From Tubiluchus corallicola (lineage: Eukaryota > Animalia > Priapulida): 64,000 bases of DNA. Position numbers and translations under genes: made by a program. Where the stretch lies: contig JAQGDQ010000260.1 of assembly GCA_030141605.1 (NCBI GenBank), positions 257,283 to 321,282 on the forward strand. The letters are read 5' to 3'. The notes under the pieces were generated by a model, which had not been told where the DNA came from, did no database searches, and saw only the letters and a program-made list of their open reading frames with translations. Positions 35,711 through 48,536 of the stretch are shown one piece after another (position 1 is the stretch's first letter; each line of letters begins with the position of its first letter).

Positions 35711-38700
35711 GCTGAAATAAACAGCAAGCAAGCAGTCAATTAACCAATCAAAACTCAATCAACGAATCAACCAAACATTCTGCCAGCCGGGAAGGGAACA
35801 AAAAAATCTATCCATCAAGCAAGTAAATGAAGTAAATAGCAAGAAAGTCCATGATACACGTATTTGTAAAAGCCCGTGAAAAAACATTGTGCCTCTAGGC
35901 TTAAAGTGTTACAAAAGGGACTGTAGCTCGCACTATGAATATCAATAATTCAGTTTTATATGACATTTATCTTTCGATATCATTATAGTATTGCCATACG
36001 TTTTCAATGTTGTTTGTTTTTCTTCATCTGTTTCAGTATTAAATTTGTTTGTTGCTCAATGTAGGTTAACACGATTTTTCTACAGTTAACCTGCTTACAA
36101 TGACAGCTGGTCTATACTAATAATAATTAATTGATTCTTTGTTATTAAAAATTGCCCAGGGGAATCCACGGAATTATTATACTGTTTTCAACCTTGTTGA
36201 GATACCGTTGTTTTTTAGTACCCTCAAGTGACTGGCTGAAAAGTGAAGTCAACTTTTTCCACTAAAGTAACTGTTGTGCAATATAACCTAATGGTTTTTA
36301 AACCACGCAGTAATAATCAATGTAGCTTATAGTGATGCTAACTAAGTTACCGTTAACTAACAGTTAAATGCTTTGTAGCCCATTAAATCTTAATTAATTT
36401 TAGGCCACTGATGAAAGAGTAAATATGCCGAAATGCAAGGGTCATCCAATATGGGTTTGGCAAACTGCAAGTTATTGTTGTGGTCAATGCAGTGAGTATA
36501 ATTTATTCGAAAATTATTCGGATGAATATCATAAATATCAGTATCTGGTATCCAATGAAGCAACCATTAAATAGCAGTTCACTTGTTTTGCCTATAAAAG
36601 TTACTAATTGTTTCTAATACTCAAATAATTACCTTGGAAAGTTAATTAATGGTAACCGAACACAGCTGTTGCTTACGTCACAAACTAACCACAGTTCGTG
36701 CAATGTAGTAGGCATCTTTACTTGCGCGCCAAGCACGCTCGAGTAAGCATATTGCTGTAAGACGCTGATGTGATGTCACGAAAATGAGCCCTACGTGTCA
36801 CTGACGTCAGAGATGAACACGGCATTTCACGATCAAGCTTATCACGGTACCGCGCTTATTTGTCGACCACGCGAATGTGACAAATATGCGCCATTACCAG
36901 TCTTAGTGGATTCGCTGAGCCGCGCGTAGCTTTGAAAGTTTAACAAAATTTAACTATCCGATATATAATAGAAACTATTATTTAATCTAAGCTTTGATTT
37001 AAAAAATATTTTATGGCATACTTTATTTTGAATTAATGTCTATACAATCGTCTGGTTTTCCTTTAAGTTACCGTATTCGGCAATTGTTCGTCCAAATATC
37101 ATTGATATCACTAACCGCTATGCAGTAAACGTACCATAAAATAACAATTCACCTATTTAAGCTATTAAGCAAGCACTCATGGACTTCGTTTTGTTGGTGA
37201 AATTGGTCTCTTACGCTTGGGATCTCGGTAGAGCTCGGAAGATCTTATCAGACACGTGGACCAACATAAATGAAGTCTTTAAGCAAACATAAGTTACTGT
37301 AACTCCACCCTTGACCAATTCAAGATTAACATAGGACCTTCAAATAATAAAAACAGTTAAATACAAGCGCGCATAAAGCATCAAGAGAACACAGACAGCG
37401 TCCAAAAAACTGACTTTGCATTGAATTTGTATTGACAAAACTTGACTTTAAGGATTTCTAGTGAAAATAAGTGGAAAAACTTGGCATTTTAGCTTGTTGA
37501 AAAGATTGCTTAGTATAATAATGAATGTGATGTGAGAAAGGAGTGGATGCTGCGGAGATGATGTTGATGATGATGATGGTAGTAATGCTGAAGATGCTAG
37601 TAATGACGATAACACTGATGGACGGTAACAACAGCAACAGCAGCGACGACAACGACGTAGTGGAGTGCATTAACAGTGGTATATGTTGATTGTGGCAGGA
37701 ACAGCTTATTTGAATCGGTGTGGCCGAGTCATTGTGTGAATAATCGCATCAATGGCGAAGAGGTGACGAGGGGATGGAAGAGAAGAACACTCCATCAATG
37801 TCTTCGTCATTACTAACATCATCAACATAGTGACTGAAGTGACCTCCAAAAGCTTTGACCACATGGTCCCAAAAATTATATCTTTAAAACGGATACATGT
37901 ACACCAAAATTTCAAACGAACTAGCAGCTGTGGCCTTCCCATTGAAGTCCATACTATTAATGTGTATTAGTAACTGAGAAAGAACGTGAGTAAATAATAA
38001 TAAGAGGTAATTCCCAAAGGTCAGCTGCACTTATCATCAAATTAATGACAGCCAAGGTGCCTTTCGTTGCCAATGTATCACCACAAGTAACTTTCAAATT
38101 TGACTTAATAACCTGCGCATGCCTACAGAAAACATTACTACAATTATCGCTGATAAGGAGTGCAACTATGACAATAATTATTGGTAATTTCAAGATCAAA
38201 ATTTATCGGTGGCATGTAGTTTAAGCTAAAACGCAAATACGAGGGTTGTCATTTATTTGTCAAATATGATGTGGTCAGATATTACATATTTTGCTTTTTA
38301 GCAAGAAAATTTTAAACTGTAAGTTGCTTTCCTACGGAGTACATGTATACCACCTCTTGCAATAAACGGAGAAACATGCAGATTAAAAAAATCCAAATTA
38401 AAAATAATCGTAGTTGATCAGCAAAGTGCCACTATATTAATTTAACATTTGCTGTAAATCCGCGATAAAGGCAAAATGCAAATGCCCCCAAGAAAGTAAC
38501 ATAACGTATGTGCAAACTAACATAATTTTTCATTTTTGTGATAGAGTCAGATTCCAAGTTATCATAACAAAGCTAAACATAGGTGAAGTATCCCCTCATT
38601 TAACTAACAATGGTTGTTCGACAATAGAAAATTAAGCAGTCACATGCAAGCAAAATCTTCGTTTTCTCAAGAAAAAATCAATTCCAGCAAATGTTTACTC

Positions 38701-39630
38701 TGCAGCCGTTACATATGTAGGGAATAACTTCACAGCACCTTATAAGCTACCCAAACATGATGGCAAGTTCATAGGATCATTTGACTACATACATCATATC
38801 AACTGCAGAAGTGACTTCTACGTTTGATCTCATAATTGGCACAACTTCAAAACAGGGATTCAGCAATTAAGCAGTAGTCATGAGAATGAGGATGAATCGA
38901 TGCATCATATATGTCTGATCTCTTTTCACTTTTTATAATCGCCATAATGAAAGCAAATAAGGAGGTCATAGTGACGTTTTAATTACCGTTTAGATAATCC
39001 CTTTCACTTGTAGCGTTTCTCAATGAGCATTCATCAACAATAAGTTCCTTTGTATATTTGCCAGTAATTTGCACTTTTGCAATGAACCTAATTTCAGAGA
39101 CTAAAAGCAGTGATACACGATTAACTCGGAGTACAAAACCTCCCTATAATTTTTCCATGTTAAATGTCAATTCATCTTGAAGCTTTGATTACAGTGCAAG
39201 TAAGACCAAGTAGTGTGTGACATCATTATGCACTGATAAGTACAATAGGCTATTCTTAATATACTAAAGACTGAAAGTGAGGCTAGGCTAATACATAGAA
39301 GAGTTAAAACATTTTCACTTTTGTGGCTTTCACCAAGCTTAAGGTGCGATTCCCATCGTCGAAGGATACGCTGGTTGGTTGGTTGACTGCTCTGGTTAGT
39401 TGGCTGCGTGGTTGGTCTCAAAACAGATTTGTTGATTAGCTGTTTGTTTGTTTGGTTTGTTGGTTGATTTTTGCTTTCTTGGGTGGTTCATACGTTTTTT
39501 GTTTTTCCCTCATTCGTTCGTTTATTCAATCTTTTAATTTTTCATTTTCTTAATCTTACAGACTCACCAATCGATCAATTCCTAACACATCCACACAATT
39601 ATTTATTTCCTATTTTCAGTTTATGTACAA

Positions 39631-39666
<36 letters not shown>

Positions 39667-40788
39667 GTCAAATTTTTTTCTGAAATATGTTCTAATTAAT
39701 AACCATGTTGCAAATATTTCGAAAGTTATGAAAACACTGGCAGCAGAATTCATAGAAACCTTTTTCAACACTTCTGGCTCAAAACCCGTAAGGTTGGATT
39801 CTCTGATGAACTATATATAACAACGAACCATTAATTGTAGCAGCACGAACATAGATGCTAATTACCAAACACCCTTTCACCTGTTAGAAAATCGCTGGCA
39901 AATGTTTTAAGTAGGATCCTCATGCGACCCTATTTCACTTTCACTTAATTCTTAGAGAGAGAACTGACCGCTTCATCATAGATTACAGGTCTTAAACAAC
40001 GGAAAACTATGTCAGGTTTTGTGCTGTATGTCAACTAAGCGCTTCTATGCATTTTGTTGCGGTGAGAAAATATTATCGTAGGTTCGCTTTTGTCTTGTCT
40101 AGCCTGATCTACATACTTCGCTTTGATAATCTGATTGTCTAGAGTTTGCGAGGCGTCTGTGTTTCTTTTCCACCCGCATGTTCATCATTGATAGCATGTG
40201 TTGTGCTTTATTGTTAATATCGTCCAAATATTCTTTTTAAAGGCGAACGAAACGCACTTTCGATTACGCATAACGAATGTTTTGTTAACATAATATTTAG
40301 ATAGCCGATAGTACGCAAATATGTATGAGAAGCTATGACCGTACATACAATATACGTTTTAACAAATAATTATTTTACCAATGATGGTCCGAATGTGCAC
40401 AATTATCTAGAAAAAGCAAAGCTGCAAAATGTGTAGAGTATAAGATTTTTACGCCGTATTTCATTTATATGCAACGCTGAAAGTTACATAAGTTGTGTGT
40501 GTTTAGTAGTTGTGAGTGCTTAATTTACCATATTCATTGCGTTTTGTAAAGTTAATGAGTTGGAAAAATCTACGCGCAAGTATTAATGAGACACAACCGT
40601 TAGCGGAATGATTATTAAAAATCTTACTAGGTCGAGGTGAGCGTGGTGAAAAGTTGCACTTTTTTCAATGAGGCTGTAAAACAAAAGACAGAAATTAATG
40701 AACTGACTTCAAGTCAGCTGTTAATTGAAACATAGAATTAGCTTAGAGTATCATAATTTGCGAGTTGTACCGTAATTCACTACCAAAG

Positions 40789-40856
<68 letters not shown>

Positions 40857-40915
40857 CTCTCTCTCTCTTTCCCCTCTCTCTCTCCCTTTTCTCTCTCTCT
40901 CTCTCTTTCTCTCAA

Positions 40916-40996
<81 letters not shown>
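40789..40996. repeat. (CT)n microsatellite
   Basis: Seen directly. Confidence 0.97.
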
Positions 40997-40999
<3 letters not shown>

Positions 41000-41559
41000 G
41001 CTTTCCCCCTTAGACATTTGCCACTCCTATCTTTACGAATGGGCTTCGGGAAAATTAAAATAATTATGACCTAACTGCATTACTCATTCACTAATTAAAA
41101 GCAAACAACGGCAACAGTTACTGCAACGGTGTTTTTCTAGTGTCGGTCTATAATCTGCAAAAGCACGTCTTAGTGCACAGAAGTCACTAGGTTAGACTTT
41201 AAGACAAATAAATGAGGTAAAACAAACATGTGTACGACTCTTTAGTTTTGTTTACTTGCATAGCAAAAGTTTGCAAGCACGTTGTTGAAGAGATGTGTTG
41301 ACAAACAATAGCAAGTCTGCACGCTATTGCCGACAAAGAAATGTGGAATGGGATCATAATTAGATTAAATTTACCTCTGACTTGCAAAAATTACTTCTTT
41401 GTTCCTCTATTAAGTTCGTGAGTGATGCAGATCAGTTTGAATAATTTAAGACGGTATGAACTTATAATTCTTGATAATTTCTGAGACTAGTGGACGACAC
41501 ACGTTTCATACAATATACTCCTTGTTTTGCTAAACACACGACACGATTCTATACACAAT

Positions 41560-41930
41560 ACATACACAATGCCTTTTTCGTAGTTATTTATAATTCTTAC
41601 TGCAAGATTATTGCTAATAATAAAATAAATTATCATAAAATCATCCTTTGCTGAAAGAGAAAATTTAAAACAGTCGTCAAATGAACTTGGATTTCAACGG
41701 AGGACCTTTGGTTACAAAACTTTGGTTTGATACGTCCGACTAAATCACACAGCCACTTGGTAACTCAAAGATCCCTATTTTGAATCCAAATTCAGTCCAA
41801 ACGTTTTCACACCATTTCCTTTCGATAGCGTTTGGTTTGTTAAACTTTTACTAACTGTGAGTCTATGCTATCACAAAAATATTGCTGCAAGATATTTTCA
41901 TCTTACGTCGTATATTTCAAACTTTTTTGT
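41560..41930. mobile_element. Old palindromic element with head-to-head tRNA-like segments
   Basis: Diverged arms centred at ~41740 (minus GTAACCAAAGGTCCTCCGTTGAAATCCAAGTTCA vs plus GTAACTCAAAGATCCCTATTTTGAATCCAAATTCA; ATCTTGCAGTAAGA vs ATTGCTGCAAGA). Confidence 0.5.
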
Positions 41931-42419
41931 ACTATTACAAAAATTTTGTACAGTATACATTAGATAAAAAACCTTACTTGTCAGCAACTAGTACGATAAT
42001 AATTGTGCTAGAGCAACATTAGACTAACTAATTACGTTAACCTGAGCACTAAGACCCAATACAGGGGCAAAATTTGTACTTGAAAGCTGTACATTTGTAA
42101 AGAAAATGTCAAAAGGGGAGACAGATCACGTCTTTATTACACTAAAACCTTCATGGATAAGTAACCGTATAGTATAGATCTAGTTTGTCGTTAATCTCAA
42201 TTTCGAATTCACACAGAAAATAAAACCAAGGAAAACCAATTGTATGTGCTCATAAATTTTACATTTGTAAATTCTTAATTAACTTGACTTTGGTTATTAG
42301 CTCATGTGTCGTAATAGTTTGGGAAAACTTAAAAGACGAGTTTAAATGCACTACCTCTTTGAATAGAAATTTTCAAGCGTGGTGGTTGCCGCCATTCACT
42401 TAAAAATCATTATTTAACA

Positions 42420-42620
42420 TGACGTAACTTTTCGTAAACGCGTCGTGGCTTTCCGGAAGCGCGCGTTGCTTAAACTAATTCAAACTTCTGCAACTTACCT
42501 AATGTTCACGCAAAAATATTGCAAAATTAGCTATCTAGTTTTTTTCTAAAAACTTACTATACTTTAACATTAGATTAACAGTGCGCTATTTTTCTTTAAG
42601 ACGAATGACGTCATTGGAGG
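42420..42620 (-). promoter_or_regulatory. Candidate promoter and non-coding first exon on the minus strand
   Basis: Palindromic CRE TGACGTCA at 42606-42613 with overlapping CCAAT on the minus strand; consensus donor AG|GTAAGT at ~42498; nearby CpG-rich TTCCGGAAGCGCGCG. Confidence 0.3.
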
Positions 42621-43354
42621 AAGAATTAGCATAGAAAAGTGGAGCGCCCAAGCATGAAGTGATCGTGACTTTAAAATGATTTTACTAATTTCACGAGGTG
42701 CTTAATACAGTTTTATTATTAAATACTCCTAACATTCTTCTCGAAGATTGCAATAAGTCTAAACCTCCTAGAAGCCTTATCCTTTCCTTTAATACTTGGC
42801 AAGGTTTGAATATAGATTTTATATATAGTTCTTAATATGCTTACAGTTACGTCTTTGCAAAAATGACTTCCTCTGTAACTTTGTTCTTAATAGGTGTTTT
42901 GCCTTATAAAGTTCGAAGTTATAAAGACTGAATATTATTGTAACACACTTGATACACTTTTACTTTGTACACTAATCTGGTCAAATTGTTTGGTTTTGTT
43001 CTCCAAGAGGAGAAACCTTGACGAACTCCAGGGATTCTAGGTTGTTTCTTATCAAAACATCTTGCTCTGCGCACTTAGGTTCCTTTTGTCTCCTCTCAAC
43101 TCGCAGACTTCTGCAGGTCATTAACTTTTTCAGTTTATGGGCTAGCTTAACACTTATAAGTTAGGAATCACACGTGCTTCAGAATATTTATTTTTATCTA
43201 TTTTAATTAAAACCCAAGAAAACACCCCTGATAAATAAAGCTTTAAAAGTTCGTCATGGAATTTTATATCACTTATCTGCTGTTTTATCACATACAGAGT
43301 TGGCCTTAGTAGTAACTCTGTATAACACTTTTAAATTTAACTCCCGCAAAAACA

Positions 43355-43490
43355 GTATGAGTCGTATACCCCATCATTTTTTCCTACTTGTTGCATGCTG
43401 CTAAGGTGCACGACCCAGGTTCAGTTCCTCGTCACGACGATTTCTGGAACAATCATAGATTTTCTGTTTCATAATAAAATTATTTATACG

Positions 43491-43526
<36 letters not shown>

Positions 43527-44380
43527 TAATATTAATTTTTCTTCCGCGATGAGAGTTATGTTGAGGCATTATGTACTTTAAATTTAGGCACAAGCCATTT
43601 TAACAGAAACAAGTTCAGATAATATTGCGTAGAGTTTGAAAAAATATTCAGAGGATTCGTTTCGTATGACACTCTTCACTAACCACGCAAAAGTATAAAT
43701 AACTTTATTCTGTAAATAAGACCAATCATGCGTTTTTTGGTGAACCAGTAGTGCACACTGGGATGGCGATACAATGCTGTTTTGCCAGGTATTCGCGAAT
43801 ATTTTAAATTATAAAGACTTTCCTTTTCCAATTACATAAATCTTTTAGACAGCTAAGTGTAGCGCTGAATAATATAACTTTGTATAGAACATTTTTGGAC
43901 ATACTTTAAAATTTTCTATTCTTCCCCTTCAAATTAGAAAGTAGGCCTACGTCTACTAGATTACAAGCTGGTTGTCTTAAAACTATAGGAAATACACAAG
44001 ATATTACAACATTACGTTGACATAGTTCAAATAGCGGAAGAGAAGTTAACCAAAGACTGAATAATTTTCTAATTTACAAATGGCGAAATAATGTACAAGA
44101 TTTATGATTTTGAAGGTTGTTTACTTTTCATTTAAAGTATCATAATAAATCAAGTGTTGCAAGTTTAAACCGCATAACACTTCAACATAACTCATATCAC
44201 GGAAGAAAAATTAATATTATGCACATATAGATACAAATAATTTTATTTTGAAACAGAAAATTTATGATCTTTCAAGAAATCGTCGGGGCGAGGAACTGAA
44301 CCCGGATCGTGCACTTTATCTGTAAGCAACAAGTAGGAAAAATGTTGGTGGGGGAGGGGGTACGAAGGCATGATATTTTT
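43355..44380. mobile_element. ~1-kb palindromic element, or two inverted SINE-like copies, with tRNA-like B-box heads pointing inward
   Basis: 43375-43590 is the reverse complement of ~44160-44345 (TTTTCCTACTTGTTGC; GTGCACGACCCAGGTTCAGTTCCTCG vs CGAGGAACTGAACCCGGATCGTGCAC; GCATAATATTAATTTTTCTTCCG). Confidence 0.8.
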
Positions 44381-46655
44381 TTTATTTTGGCGTCTTTACT
44401 TAGTTTGGTATTTTCACAATGCTTGTAGTTAAACGATAGTCTGACTAAGTTTAAAAATGTGAAAAATTAAAATTTTTGCTGAGAAATAAAAACACTAATG
44501 CAAATAAAAGTAATAATATATAACAAAATAGTGTTCAATAAGTACTAGTATTCACACAGCGGAGTGTAAACTGTAAAATATAATGATCAAATAGTTAAGT
44601 CTGCTTTAGTTCGCTAGGAAATTACGGAAATTTCATTTTTACAGTTTTTTAAGTTTGTTCAAGATTTTAAGGAAATTACATGTAATGCCAAGTTTTGATG
44701 AAAACCCAGTCAGAAATGGAGAGCCGCCTAAAAGAAGGTTACAAAAAAACCAAGAACGAAAAAAATCATACATAATATGCAATTTTATACTATATTACTA
44801 GTGCTATTTCGTGATGACAAGTGTGAACGCTGCTTTAGTGATAAGCCGCCAAAAAGCTAGTAGACCAACATTTATTAAAAAATATAGAGAAATCTACAAT
44901 GATCGCGGGTATAGAATCTCCGTTTTCGAATTTAAGTACCACTTTCATTATATCTTTTAATTAAATTTGATACTTGAACAGCCAAAAACGAGATTAAAAT
45001 CGTTAATTTATTTCTACTTATCGCTCAATCAAAGTCAACAAACTTTACTCTATTTTTAAACCGAGGACCACGCGCATCAGCCTACTGCCCTGTTTGTTTT
45101 CAATGCTAAACGTAAATTAAAACTTGTAAAGAAAAGTCCAACGGCGAACTAAGACGAAAAGACCTCAGCGGGGCTAACAAGGCTGCATGGTCAAAAATAA
45201 TTGATTTCATTGGACGAAAAATGGCTATGTGAACTTGACCGTACGTGATTTTCATTTTCTAAATTGTTTTGTCAATTAACGGCTAAAATGCTCGAACAAA
45301 AACGGCCAGAGTCACTGAAATTGTAGAAAAGCAAGCGAAAACCACAGACTCACAAGCAAGCCTAACAGCGTAGATAGCATTGACAATCAATCCAGTAGAT
45401 GTTCTCATAACAATGTAAATCAGAAATCCCATCTAATCTAGTCAGATTTAATTCAGTTTGACTCTAATCCAGTCGTTCCAAGTCGAACCATTCAAATCCA
45501 ACCTGTTCGAATTAACTAAAGCTGAACTTTGTTAAAGCGAACATATGCTGTAACTCTACTGCCCCTGCAACCTATAGACGTCCTCGCTGAAACTTGATTC
45601 AGTCTGATCTAACTATGTTGCGAATAATGAACATACATTGCGCTTATGTTTGCGGCATGTTGGATTTTGGCATTTTTCATAGATTTAGTCCCATACAAAA
45701 ACGAAATCTAACCAATAAACGAATGTGATTTTCATTTTAATATTCATCAGTATTCAAAACAATTGTTGGTATACTGTTAACATACAATGCCTATGATTCA
45801 GCCAATTGTCTGGCGGTTATACACAAATTTTTATTGAAAAGAATTATTTATTCTGGAACGGAACCTAATGCCCTCCAGTAATAATAACCAGATAGATATT
45901 TGTTTATTGTAGAGTAATAAATGCAGCCTTAAAAGTGACAATACAAATAACGAATAGTAGTCATAGGCACTGAGGGTTAAAACTGCACTAATTTTTATTA
46001 CATAAAGCTGCATACAATATTGCTGATATAAAATTTGTCAAGTATGATACTATATTGTGTTAATAAAACCAAAGTAAAGAAACATCGATGTGCCAGAGGC
46101 AAATATAGGTCTAAGTAGAGGTACTAAAATTATTACCTTCATATGTTGCAATATACTATTGAAATCTACAGTTACTGCAAAATGGAAGTGTGCTCTAGGT
46201 TACTAATGAAACTATTTAGAGCAACTATAACGTAGTCTTAGCAAAAGGCATTATTTTTTTAATGTTCTAGGGCAAGATAAAATCGGAATAACTATAATAA
46301 TTTACAGAAAACGGTATGTTATAAGCCCAGAAACATGCATAGGCCTATATTTCATTACTTTTTAAAATATTAAATATTATTACTTATTTTCATTATTATT
46401 TATTTGGAAACAACGCGCATAATAAAACACGCACATGATGTTACTATCAGAAGGACATATTCACATTGAAGACGTACAATACACAGTTACATAATGGAAT
46501 TAAACTGAACTAACTAAGTTATAAATATGACAAATAGTCGCAAGAGAATTGAAGCTTTACGTCCAAAAGTTCAAAAATTGGTAAACAGAAAAGAGAGAGA
46601 AAAATAGGTATATAGGTAAATAAGACAGATAAAAAAGATTGACAGAATCAAAAGC

Positions 46656-46964
<309 letters not shown>

Positions 46965-48482
46965 TAACAAGTAGGCCTAAAGTGTACAATTAGGCAAAAA
47001 TCTTTGAAATGTGACATCGCAAAGTGAAATTCATGTTCGATTTTCGGAATATTTTCTTGACATTTTCACACCTATCAATAAAGTAATCCAACTATGTTGT
47101 CTTGTGCATCTTTCCGAAAACCGGTAAAAAAATCGACTCTTCAGTTTGAGGTGAAGCGGAAAGCTACAGAAAAATTCCAGACAAAGTACTGTCCTTGAAA
47201 AATGTCCTCGTAGTTTAATTAGAAGGGGAGCAAAAGTTTGGGAGTCATCCAACATGGCGTAACAAATGCACTGTAATGTAGCAAGTAGTTCGTATAACTA
47301 TGGTAACGGCGAGCGAAAATAATAAAAATGCATCCAAGGGGCAAAAGAGAGAGACAAAAAATGGGTGAAAATTTATGAGCAACGCGTACGCCAAGGTTGC
47401 TAAAAGGTAGCCATTTAGCTGCAGGCTTTACGAATGTTTTAGTGGAGGAAGGAGGAATGTCGACATCTTAGCTTGATTTCTTCTTTATACAGCAAGCAAA
47501 AAGTAGTTACATACTAAATCTTTGCAGGCCTTTAGGCATACAAGTCTTAGAGCGCCCTCTTGGTCTACTTCTGTATTAGTAATTGATTACAGACTTCGCG
47601 GACATTTACGATCGTTTTGAATTTTGGAAGTCTTAAAACTCTGGCGACAATTTTAGCTTCCATTATTTCAGTATAACATCGTCAAAGGAAAAAATTATAC
47701 TGTTGAAACTTAAAAAAAACTAGGAACTTCCTTTCCAATTTTATTTATTGCACACCTTAAAAAAGTTACTGTCTGTAATAATTAAATTTTGGGAGTCTGC
47801 ACAAGTGATTGTCTAAAATAGTTTAAATGCCCACAAAGCATCTTGTTACTGCTATTTTGATACATTTACTTATAATATTTTATAGGTCTTTTTCTTATTA
47901 TTATTTAGCAATCTTAAATCACTTATTATTTAGCAATCTTTCAGCTGTTTTGCTGAAAGCTCCTCGGTCCTTACACTTAGAAATTAAAGACTCAAACACC
48001 AATCCAGCAACTTCATGACACACACGACATACGAAAGTAGGCTAAATTAGCTGCCTGAACTGTTTTGACAAGCGCAACATCCTCACTAAAGATTTCCACG
48101 CATTCTTAGAGTAGGGCCTACTAACTTAGAGATAATCTCTAACCTTTATTCTTACTAGAGCGAGGGCTAGCATTCCCAGGGATTTGTCACGTGACCAAAA
48201 TTTAAAATTACCAAGTTGGTTGACCAACAAAGAGTGCTTGAATGATTTTATTCAGGGTCAGCGATGAACAAAAAGATGATCGCTCTAAGAGCTTCTTTAA
48301 TCCAGGTTGATTCTAAATCCTCTTTGGTTGCTTATTAAAAAACTGACCACAAAGCAACGCGAACTTTAACTGGCTACAGGGACTACCCACTTGTTTTTTA
48401 TGCATCACTGCTTAATGTTAAATCCTATGATTTGTTTTTCTTCACCTAATGTTGACAGTGTTTTATCGTCAAACAAACTCAC

Positions 48483-48536
48483 GTTTGCAGTGATTATACC
48501 CGGGGATTTAGGTTTAGTTTCCAAACGAGGAAGCAT
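48483..48536 (-). CDS. Alternative candidate first coding exon of the coiled-coil gene (MLPRLETKPKSPGIITAN)
   Basis: AAAATG start after an in-frame upstream TGA; 18 codons to an AAC|gtgagt donor, phase 0; possible acceptor atttcag near 48666 for a 5'UTR portion. Confidence 0.4.

Noticed and set aside
36405-36445. CTGATGA...CGAAA hammerhead-ribozyme-like core (also GAAACACGTGTC at ~56322)
   Set aside because: Stems II and III do not pair at 36.4 kb, and the CTGANGA box is missing at 56.3 kb; at most decayed Penelope-like relics.
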